From a virus, in IMG/VR virus record IMGVR_UViG_3300018954_000017, positions 2,216 through 66,215 of that record: DNA of 64,000 nucleotides. The stretch is one strand, 5' to 3'. The notes below the pieces were generated by a model. That model was not told the DNA's origin. It made no database searches and was given only the letters and a program-made list of their open reading frames with translations. Below are positions 38,085 through 46,700 of this stretch, piece by piece. Numbering within the stretch: the stretch's first letter is position 1; the number at the start of each line of letters is the position of its first letter. Both the position numbers and the translations under genes were made by a program.

Positions 38085-39014
38085 TTACAAACCCTCATAC
38101 ATTCTTATTGACATGAACTTCAAAGGTACGATTCCGCCTGTACGTGCGCGACAGACCACTCGATTAGAGAATGTTACTTCCTGGGGTGGTCTCTGTTCAA
38201 AATCGAGCGGAATCTCGTAACGGATCTTGTTTACGTTCTTCTGATACGCGATCATCAGGTCACTACCACCAGTTCCAGCTCCGCTCAACATCTCGCAAGG
38301 CAAAATTTCCTTAATACCAGACGGGTTTGCTCGTTGGGTTTCAAGGATGAACTTCAGCAGAGTGTTATCGGTATTCGCTGGAAACACTAGTTCGCTAATG
38401 CGGTCGTATTGAGCCTGGGGTATCAGTAGAATCTCAGGTTTTTCAATACTCCGGGTAGCTTGGCGCATTCGGGTCAGGAAGCTAGTAATCTCAAGATACA
38501 GTTGATCAGCGGTTTTGTGAATCCATCGCGTACTATTGGTGCCACCGTTGCTATTGCCGTTATTGGGCGCAGTCTCGCGTGTCACGTTGGGAAGATTGAA
38601 TAATCCAAGTAGACCATTCTCAGCAGCACCCACATAACCCAAACGATCTAAACCTTCCTCAATGACCCGACGAGCAGTAATTGCCAGTTCAGCGGAGATA
38701 TTGACTCCAGCGTACTGAGCTGCTTCAAGGTCTTCGAGAGTAATTTCGTAACCGTCAACCAGTGTGCGAATGATGCCCATTTTTTTCTGGACATAGTTAT
38801 TGACCAACGGAACATCTTGAGCGCCATTAGAAAGGATTTTAGCCTCACCGACCGCTGTCATGAGCGTGTAGCTGAATGTCTCTGCTCGGTAGTCAACCTG
38901 ATTGGTAATCGGAACCAACATGCCATTGGACATCATGAGGTCTGGAAACTCCTCTTTAACGACCAAGTTCATGACATATTCTAATTGGTCACGAAAGAAA
39001 ATACTGTTAGGCAT
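38085..39014 (-). CDS. Major capsid protein (DUF2184 / encapsulin-like HK97 fold)
   Basis: FRDQLEY, GEAKI, G...GLLGLFNLPNV, C..RTGG.....P motifs; 309 aa; position after the decoration gene. Confidence 0.9.
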   Translation of the reverse strand: MPNSIFFRDQLEYVMNLVVKEEFPDLMMSNGMLVPITNQVDYRAETFSYTLMTAVGEAKILSNGAQDVPLVNNYVQKKMGIIRTLVDGYEITLEDLEAAQYAGVNISAELAITARRVIEEGLDRLGYVGAAENGLLGLFNLPNVTRETAPNNGNSNGGTNSTRWIHKTADQLYLEITSFLTRMRQATRSIEKPEILLIPQAQYDRISELVFPANTDNTLLKFILETQRANPSGIKEILPCEMLSGAGTGGSDLMIAYQKNVNKIRYEIPLDFEQRPPQEVTFSNRVVCRARTGGIVPLKFMSIRMYEGL

Positions 39015-39030
39015 TTGTTATATCAGTTCC

Positions 39031-39573
39031 TTATAGTTTCAAGTCGAGAATAGCCAGACCTGCTGCGTTGGTTTTCTCAAACCATTGTGCGTTAGCAAGT
39101 GGCAGCGTTTCACCAGCAACAGCAGCACTACGGAAGTTGCCCAATTGCAAAACACCTGTGCCAGGAGCAAAGCGAACGTGGACAGGCAGGTTGCGGTCTA
39201 CTGGGGTTTCGCTATAGACGTAAATTTTCCCGACTTTTCTCGTAGGAATTGAGTACTTGGCAGGATAGTTCGTGGAAAGGTTGTCGGTAGTTTCGTAGAA
39301 GTAACTGGGTTCCCCAGTCACCTGTGGTGTACGATAGCGCAGTACGGCTACACCCAAGATAACATCAGTAGCAGCAGTCGGCAGTTTGACAGTAGGACGA
39401 CCTGTAGTGTCGGCACCCCCAGCGTATGCGAGAGCCTGACCGTATTCGATAGGGACTGTGGAAATAGTTGTGATATCTTCAGTACCATGTTCTACACCAA
39501 ACAGCATCCCCTTAAGGGCTTTAGCGTGGTAGTAGTTGTAGTCTGAAGTTACGTATTGACTTGCACCAGCCAT
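39031..39573 (-). CDS. Capsid decoration/cement protein
   Basis: 180 aa between scaffold and MCP; IEYGQAL, GVAV, G.I.V motifs. Confidence 0.75.
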   Translation of the reverse strand: MAGASQYVTSDYNYYHAKALKGMLFGVEHGTEDITTISTVPIEYGQALAYAGGADTTGRPTVKLPTAATDVILGVAVLRYRTPQVTGEPSYFYETTDNLSTNYPAKYSIPTRKVGKIYVYSETPVDRNLPVHVRFAPGTGVLQLGNFRSAAVAGETLPLANAQWFEKTNAAGLAILDLKL

Positions 39574-39585
39574 TAATTGTCTCCT

Positions 39586-40389
39586 TTATTTGTTTGAGTA
39601 GGCGGAAGGCAGCTTGCGCTCTTTTCTCGCCTTCATGGTGGGCGAGTCTTCTTTGGGTGTGAAAGAACCCTTCTTGTCTCCAGCATCCAACGTCAAACCT
39701 CGATTCTGTTCGATAGCAGCAGCAAGCTGTTGTGAACCTTCGTCAGCTTTAGTGGGCGCGGGAGCATCGGCTACAGTTGGCTTGAGAGCAAGATACAGGT
39801 GTTCAACAAACATGTCGCGTTCGTCACCAGAGCTGTCAATGCGAGCCTTAGCTTCTGCGGGTAGCGTTGCAATGGTCTTGAGATACTGAGCCTTGTAGTC
39901 AAGGGGGCTTAGACCGAAATCTGGCTCAAATGCTGAGTCAACTTTCTTGAGGGCGGGAGTCACTTCAGATACAACAGACAGAAACTCTTTGCAGTAAGAC
40001 TTTACTTCATCTGAGTCCATCTTTGGCTTACCTTTGCCTTTCTTCGGTTTGCCATCTTCACCCATTTCTTCTTCAATATCTTCGTCCGGCTTCTTGCTGT
40101 GGGCGTTTTTCAGCTCGGCATCTTTTGCATCCAATTTAGTCTGTAGCGCGACAATGTCAGCATCAGCCTGAACTTTAGCGGCATTAGCAGTACTTAGGGA
40201 GGCTTGAGCTTCTGAGAGTTGAGAATCCAGGGTGGTACGTGCAGTTTCTGCGGCATCCAATCGGGTTTTGTAATCTGAGAGTTCAATGGCTAGAGAGTCG
40301 TATTTGCTCAACTGTGTTTCGATAGCACTTCCGAGTGCTGCATCGTCTAATTGAAATACGCTGTTGCCAAGTTTAATGGCTTGTGGCAT
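39586..40389 (-). CDS. Capsid scaffolding protein
   Basis: Coiled-coil, Ala/Lys/Asp-rich, repeated [RK]xD motifs; corresponds to the part often fused C-terminal to DUF2213. Confidence 0.7.
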   Translation of the reverse strand: MPQAIKLGNSVFQLDDAALGSAIETQLSKYDSLAIELSDYKTRLDAAETARTTLDSQLSEAQASLSTANAAKVQADADIVALQTKLDAKDAELKNAHSKKPDEDIEEEMGEDGKPKKGKGKPKMDSDEVKSYCKEFLSVVSEVTPALKKVDSAFEPDFGLSPLDYKAQYLKTIATLPAEAKARIDSSGDERDMFVEHLYLALKPTVADAPAPTKADEGSQQLAAAIEQNRGLTLDAGDKKGSFTPKEDSPTMKARKERKLPSAYSNK

Positions 40390-40419
40390 AGTTTATGCAA
40401 GCATGAGTGAATGAGTGAT

Positions 40420-40440
40420 TAAGTGTTGCGAAGCAACCTT
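40420..40440 (-). promoter_or_regulatory. 21-bp motif shared with the terS upstream region (candidate late regulatory site)
   Basis: AAGGTTGCTTCGCAACACTTA is identical at 14388-14408 (+); a 19-nt match occurs at 13486. Confidence 0.55.
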
Positions 40441-40544
40441 TCGTATGGGTTCTTCGATTTAAAGCTCGAAGATACGGTACATTTATGAGTGGACTATTCT
40501 AGGCTACGGAATTCTACAGCAAACTAATGTGGTATTTGTACGCA

Positions 40545-40748
40545 TTAGTCTACAATTGCTGCTGAGTAGTTTGATTTCAAGCGTTCAGTTACGGACTTCA
40601 AAAACTCTACGTTATTCAAATCTGGCTCATTCCACTGAAGACTAGCCAATAGTTGTCCAATTTCTTCTGCTCCCTCTAGCTGCACATGATCGTCAATAGC
40701 TTCTGCTGTTCCTATTGATCCGCCGTCTTTATAAATCTCAATCTTCAT
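40545..40748 (-). CDS. Small acidic protein coupled to the kinase gene (candidate immunity/partner)
   Basis: 67 aa, ATGA overlap with the kinase stop. Confidence 0.6.
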   Translation of the reverse strand: MKIEIYKDGGSIGTAEAIDDHVQLEGAEEIGQLLASLQWNEPDLNNVEFLKSVTERLKSNYSAAIVD

Positions 40749-41689
40749 AGTCTGAATAATTCTCCATAAGTAGTTTTACCGGGAACATAGGTTTTCTCGA
40801 TGTGGTTAAGTCTGCGACGTACAATGGGATCGTTACCGGATGCTTCAATAATTTTGTCTTTATTGTCGAGCATGTTTTTGACTGGTTTTTCTGATATGAT
40901 CCGCTCTTTAGTTTCTTTACGAGCAAACAACATGTCGTCTATATGAAAGCCAATATCTAAATCATCATTACGACGTAAGAAATTATTTTTACGTTGTCGG
41001 TCTTTGATTTTTTTGGGGTCGCCAAGAGCTATGTAGAATGTGTTGACGGGATTGTATTTAAGCGGGTCAGAACTTTTTTGTCCTGTTGTGAAGTACCGAT
41101 TTCCAAAGCTCAACTCATTATCAATTAATTTCACTTGTCCGCTTTGGGTTACGAATGTATTCCCCATGTGTCGATCGCTTTGATCTATCACATAGTCATA
41201 TAACAACGCTTTTTCGGCTGTCTCTTTGTCATAGAACAATTTGCGTTCTTTCTGCTCCCTACTGACTTCTTTTCCTAAATATGGTGACACAGCGTATGTT
41301 TCCCCATTAATTTTGTATTGTTTGATGGGAACAACGTTATCACCAAGACCCATTGCTTCGCCAATTTTGTACGCCTTCTCTTCTGCTCGAAATTCCGAAG
41401 CCTTCATCCCCCCTTTGACAAAGTATTTTTTGCCATCAATTTCAATGGTACCAATGTTGGCTCCATTTTTGCTCTTTAGACCAAGATTAGTGATTTGAGC
41501 ATTAGAAACTTTAGTCTCATCAGGTAAACTATTGTTAACTTTAGAGTCACTAGTTGCTTTACTACTACCTCCTCCCCCAGAACTCCAGCGACCTGTACGA
41601 TCGCGAGGCTGACGAGGGTTGTAATCTAAATGAAGATCAGGGTGGTTTAATAAAAATGAGGCACAATTGAGAAGATTAAAACCGTCCAC
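40745..41689 (-). CDS. PI3/4-kinase-like (HipA/CtkA-type) kinase with an N-terminal NPxQPR motif
   Basis: KKYFVK, E..AY.I, DYVIDQSDRHMGN, VKLIDNELSF; GTG 41689 directly after the protease stop preferred over the tracked 41731. Confidence 0.85.
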   Translation of the reverse strand: MDGFNLLNCASFLLNHPDLHLDYNPRQPRDRTGRWSSGGGGSSKATSDSKVNNSLPDETKVSNAQITNLGLKSKNGANIGTIEIDGKKYFVKGGMKASEFRAEEKAYKIGEAMGLGDNVVPIKQYKINGETYAVSPYLGKEVSREQKERKLFYDKETAEKALLYDYVIDQSDRHMGNTFVTQSGQVKLIDNELSFGNRYFTTGQKSSDPLKYNPVNTFYIALGDPKKIKDRQRKNNFLRRNDDLDIGFHIDDMLFARKETKERIISEKPVKNMLDNKDKIIEASGNDPIVRRRLNHIEKTYVPGKTTYGELFRL

Positions 41690-41690
41690 A

Positions 41691-42353
41691 TTAGACCCCC
41701 AAAAGAATACTGGCAGCTTGTATGAAATCAAACAGCGGTTTGGGTGGGACTAAAGCTAGATCTTGTACTTCAATAGTTGATTGCTGTTCCGCAAACTCTT
41801 CGTCACTATCGAATCTAACTCTTGCATTCCGACCCGCTCGTGCAAAGTCAACAATTGCCAAGTGATTGTACCTAATGTTACGCTGTCGCTTATCGTAAGT
41901 GAGCTGCTCACCTTCATCATTAGTCCAGGTGCCCGACTCATCTGTTACGTCGCAATCGTAGCCACAGGATAACTCTCGCATACCTTTAGCTATTACAGCG
42001 TCGATACCGTCCTTCTTTTGAAGGTTGAGTTTGACACGAATGTACGGGTTGACCAATGCATCAATATCATCCCCTACAACTCCAACTCCGTATTGATTAA
42101 AATTGCCAGGAGTCACCCGCACTGGAGGGTGTTTGACAGTAAGCGGAACTCCAGCCAGTGTGTGGAGTGAGTCTTCGTTCAGCACATCTTCTGGGTGCCG
42201 AAGTTCACGAATGATTTTACCAGAGGTGCGATCGCGATACTCGAAGACGCCGACTCTAGTAGCAATACCATCGAGCCGAAGGTGACCTTGGTGAGCTTTA
42301 AAGGGCTTATGTAGCGATTGAATAATTGTGCCGTTGTCAAATCTAAATGTCAT
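41691..42353 (-). CDS. DUF2213 capsid maturation protease
   Basis: GIATRVGVFEY, P.T..HPP, RELSCGY, QRNIRYNHLAIV..ARAG..AR...D. Confidence 0.9.
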   Translation of the reverse strand: MTFRFDNGTIIQSLHKPFKAHQGHLRLDGIATRVGVFEYRDRTSGKIIRELRHPEDVLNEDSLHTLAGVPLTVKHPPVRVTPGNFNQYGVGVVGDDIDALVNPYIRVKLNLQKKDGIDAVIAKGMRELSCGYDCDVTDESGTWTNDEGEQLTYDKRQRNIRYNHLAIVDFARAGRNARVRFDSDEEFAEQQSTIEVQDLALVPPKPLFDFIQAASILLGV

Positions 42354-42356
42354 TGA

Positions 42357-42548
42357 TTATACAGTGCCTAATAGTAAACGAGATGCAAATGCTAGAGTTG
42401 GTTGAGGGAAACTTAAAGTACGTCGTTCGATTTCATCTTCTGAAAGATCTGAAGCGTATAAATCAAGAATCTTATTTACATCGTCAAAACTGATATTCTT
42501 TTCAGCACACATTTTTTTTACGATTTCTGTACTTGTCAGTTTGCTCAT
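42357..42548 (-). CDS. Small protein, paralogue of 48524..48718
   Basis: DV..ILDLY.S..EDEI..R....P.P..A...L.L shared with 48524. Confidence 0.65.
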   Translation of the reverse strand: MSKLTSTEIVKKMCAEKNISFDDVNKILDLYASDLSEDEIERRTLSFPQPTLAFASRLLLGTV

Positions 42549-43372
42549 GTTTTCTTTTGTTTTCTATAGTTTTCTGCGGTTTGCCTGTACTCACTTGCAG
42601 CTTCTTCGGCTTCTTCTTCGGTGATACGTAAATCGAATTCTTCTTCTCTAACCCTTTTCATGTCAGGTTCAAGCTTTCCGTTTTTCACGACTGCATATTG
42701 ATACCCCCCAGCCTCCCCACCAGAAGGTCTGCTGAATTTTGCTATTCTTTCGTAAGCGTATGCTCTGACTGCACCATATTCATCGCTGTCATCGGTATAT
42801 GCAGAGGTTTGATACTGTTCTCCATCTTCTCTACGGGAAGCATCATATTGAAGTATCTTGGCAATTTTGATGGAGATACGATTACTTTCTTCTGAACTGA
42901 TCTTGTCATCTTTGTCAAAACTGTCGTTAATGCTAAAATCAACAACTTTAGATTTGCCGTCACCTACGGGTAATATACTGACATCTAGTTTGTTGTTCTC
43001 TTTTGTAGTGTGACTGTATGCAAAACCACCACGACCCAGATCTGTTTCTTCAACATCTTTTAATTTGGGCTTAGATTCCTCTAGTTTGACTTTGTTTGCT
43101 TCCTCTTCAAGTTTTCGGGCGTGTGCTCGACCAATTGCACTATTAGGATCAAATAGCTGCTCAGATCCATTGCGGTTCTCGGCACCACTTTCAACCCACC
43201 TGCCGTCCCCACCTCGACTTTGGTTTGGATTGTACCCAGATCTCCGAGCACTTGATGAAGAGGGCGATGCACTAGATCCACCACTCTCTCCAGACGATCT
43301 ACTTCGTGTGGTGTCAGTTTTAAATTGATCAAATAGTATTGATGCGCTAGTCAATAAATCATTCATGTACAT
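42545..43372 (-). CDS. Head-module protein with an NPxQSR motif and an uncharacterised C-terminal domain
   Basis: Ser/Gly linker, YNPNQSRGGDGRW, then a globular domain (VDFSIN...RAYAYER). Confidence 0.75.
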   Translation of the reverse strand: MYMNDLLTSASILFDQFKTDTTRSRSSGESGGSSASPSSSSARRSGYNPNQSRGGDGRWVESGAENRNGSEQLFDPNSAIGRAHARKLEEEANKVKLEESKPKLKDVEETDLGRGGFAYSHTTKENNKLDVSILPVGDGKSKVVDFSINDSFDKDDKISSEESNRISIKIAKILQYDASRREDGEQYQTSAYTDDSDEYGAVRAYAYERIAKFSRPSGGEAGGYQYAVVKNGKLEPDMKRVREEEFDLRITEEEAEEAASEYRQTAENYRKQKKT

Positions 43373-43411
43373 ATCTGACTGTTAATGCTAAACTAGCAAC
43401 AGAAAGTACTT

Positions 43412-43717
43412 TTGATTTACGTAAAACACCATAGTTTACTAGAGTTACATATGTTCGTAGATATAATTGACAATGTGATAACAACAACATTGGGTGAGCA
43501 AGTCGAGGAAGTGTCTATGGGATTGCTGTTAAATGTGAACGGGCAGGAGCAAGGCATTCCTGTTCGGGAACTAACTGACATTTACCTAGACAACGAAGAT
43601 ATAAGTCAAGCGACTAAGTTGTATGTTACTTACCAAGATCAGGAATACGAATTCAAAGTACCTGAACAGGATACGGCTGACTGGCAGTATTTAGAACATT
43701 TAATCGAATTAGAATAG
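43412..43717 (+). CDS. Small acidic protein convergent with and abutting the portal gene
   Basis: Strongly D/E-rich; stop at 43717 abuts the portal stop at 43718; start may be ATG 43451. Confidence 0.7.
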   Translation: MIYVKHHSLLELHMFVDIIDNVITTTLGEQVEEVSMGLLLNVNGQEQGIPVRELTDIYLDNEDISQATKLYVTYQDQEYEFKVPEQDTADWQYLEHLIELE

Positions 43718-46700
43718 TTATTCTAGAGTTTTCCTTAAGTCCTTCAGATAATCTGAATACTTTGTAGCTTTCCCATGTGCTTGTTCCCAGAGTTCTTTAG
43801 CTTTCTCTGGACTCAAATTACCGTCACGTATACGTCTATTGATTTCATTTGCAGCAACAAAACTATAGCGGCGATAGTATTCTCTCCAAAAGGTTGGTCT
43901 AAAAGTTTGATTAAACCAATCACGTCCACCATCGCCATCTTTAGGAATACCAAAACGTTTCATGTCACCTGTGTCAGGATGAATACCTTTCGGATGGTTT
44001 GCTCCATATAACGGAGAAGGTGCGGCATGAACTCCTTCTGCTAAAATAACTAATCGTCTGTCGGCTTTATTCTCTAGACTGATTGCGTAACCATTAATTT
44101 TGTTCGCGGGATCTGGTTGCAATAGATTCCTCATGCCATCTTTAGCCTGCTGTAGTGTCATTGCTCCAGACTTTAACCCATCATTAATCTCATCAAATCT
44201 GGCTTTGCTCCATTGGTGAACATGATGGATCTGCATTTTGCCATAGTCTCCGGGTCTATTGCCGGATCTGACTAAATCTTTATCTACTTTTCCGTGGAAT
44301 GTCGGTTTCCAGTCGGGCACGGTTGGTTGATTGCTTTTGTCTTCAACTAAACTCATTGTTGTAACAAGTCCACCAAACACTTGTTCATTTGTCATTTCTC
44401 GAAGTTTAGGGTAGTAGCTAGGAACTCCATCAACTCGTTCTCCCAGAATCTCTATACCATTCTTATGTTGATTTAGAGTCAGCTCTTTCCCTTCATGCTC
44501 AATTCTGTATTCAAAGTTTTTATTAGTCTTAAATTTAAAACTTGCTTCAAACTTTTTGTCTTCTGAATTTTGCCAAATTTCTACTTTACCGTCAACGCTG
44601 ATTTCAAAGCTGTCACTCTTGACAACCTTTCGCAACGTTGGTAATCGTTTGCGTTTAATAGCGTTTTCAACTGTAGCTTCGGCTTTCTTTTGTATCTTTT
44701 GGTTTACAGCCGGATCTATGACAGGATCAATAGGTTTGGGTGGTTCCGGTGGTAACTGCAATTCTGGTTTCGGAGGTTCCACAACAGGTTTCCCTGGTTG
44801 GCGTTTGCTCCCTTTAGCAAGCTTATATTTATAGATTTTTTCGAGTTTAGCTTGAGCAGTCTTTTCAGGATAAGGATCTGAGTTTGTTTGGTCTAGCTCC
44901 TGTTGTGCCCTTTTGCGACTGATCCCAACATCGCGCCAACGTCCAAACCTGTCTCGTGGTTGAAGTGGATTAAATTTACTTTTGCTTTTAGCAGTAGGTG
45001 TAGAAGCGACCGTACTTGAGCTGGACTCTGGTGCGGTTTCTAGTTTTTTTTTACCAATGCGGTCTTGACGAAATTCTACCTCATCCCGACGATATCGGTA
45101 ATGTCGCAACTCTTCCGGGGTTAAGTCATTCACCAACCCCATGAACTCTGGGGGCATATGTTGCAAATACAGATCAATTGCAGCTTTTGCATCGTCGCAA
45201 CCCAAGATTATTTTTGTTTCATCTAGCATCTTGCGTTCAAGCGGGTCATCGGCATTCGCTTTAAGTTGGTAGATTTCAAATATCTTTCCAACTGGCTTTT
45301 CCCCATTGCATAGAGCTTGATGGAATTCTGGGGTGGCATAGAAATCTAGAGGCTCATTATCATGACCTGTATGCTTCTGAATATAGCCATAGACCCCCTG
45401 CATTCTTCGGTTATGACGGACATCTCCTGGCAAGTATTCAATAGCTAGCGTTCGATCGCCCCAACGTAACTTCTGCTTGGCAGCAGCATCTCTGCGTTCA
45501 TAAGAGTCAGTCCTTCGATTCTCCGCCATTCGATCGCGATCACTTTCTTGAGCCAACATTTCGGCATTGTTGCCGCCATCGCCGCCTGTGTCTGCTATAG
45601 CTGCTTGCCCCATTTTGGTTCCGACATCAACGCCTGTTTGAGCTGCACCAGACTTCGCACCCATGTTCTCGCCAGTTGGAGCGGCTGTCGGTTTGCCTGC
45701 AAGTACGGGCAATAAGAATTCTGGGTCATCTTTCTTACTCCACAGAGTTTTATCAATTGCGGGATCAAGTACAGTTTCCATTGAGTAATCTGGGGAACCA
45801 AAGCGGTTCTTGCGTATCTCAAGGGGATGAAGTACTCCAATCATTCGATAGACTTGATCTGTGCGAGCTTGAGTTTGCCTGAGTTTTGCTTCAGTTTCAA
45901 GGTCAAGCCTTAGTGACGAACGAGTGCTTAAGCGCCAACCTTCCGGGATTTTACCTTTAGTTATCCCTTTCTTACTAATTAGACACAGCCGAGCAAGAAC
46001 TTTAGTTGGTTTAAGCCAATTATGGCGCTGAAAGCTTTCCAGGGCGTCAGCGTAGTCATATTTCTCTGATTGACCACTAGTGTTACCTTGGCTGCCTTCG
46101 CCCCAAAGTTTTGTATGGGGAATACCAGACTCTGCTGTCAGTAGCGCCTTTAGTCGGTCAACAATGTCCCCTACGCCCCCATAATTACGTTGAACAAATC
46201 CGGCGTCTTCAGTTTCCGCATCCATAGCCAAACCTTTGTTGTAGCTCATGCCCATTTGGATAGCCAAGAAGCGACGAATAATTTGATCGGATTGTCCTTT
46301 GAGAATTAAGTCAGCAAGACCTTTGAGTTTGTAGGTGAATACGCTGTAGTCTTGAATCATCCCAGAGCTAGCCATGACACCCTGCATATAGCTGCCAAAA
46401 GCTACCAAAATAGATTGAAGTACGCTAAGGTCTTCCCCGTGGTTCTCATGTAGCATCCAGCCATATAGCTTGCGTCCCGAAAATTTGAGAACGCGAGACT
46501 TGTGAATTCGCATTTGGTTCAAGGGAATCTTTTGTTCATCCTTGAGCCGTTTGTTAAGCTCCCACAAGCCAATAAGGTCGTAGTATTCCGGTTCCACTAA
46601 AGAGTAACCACCCAGCTCTGTGCCCCATACGGATGGTCGCAACTCATACGAAGAAAGAACTTTTAGCTCTACGATCTCTTCCAGATTCTCTTCGTCTAAT

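Noticed and set aside
40738-40926. 62-aa ORF overlapping the kinase C-terminus
   Set aside because: Alternate frame of the kinase gene; the coupled 40545..40748 gene explains the junction
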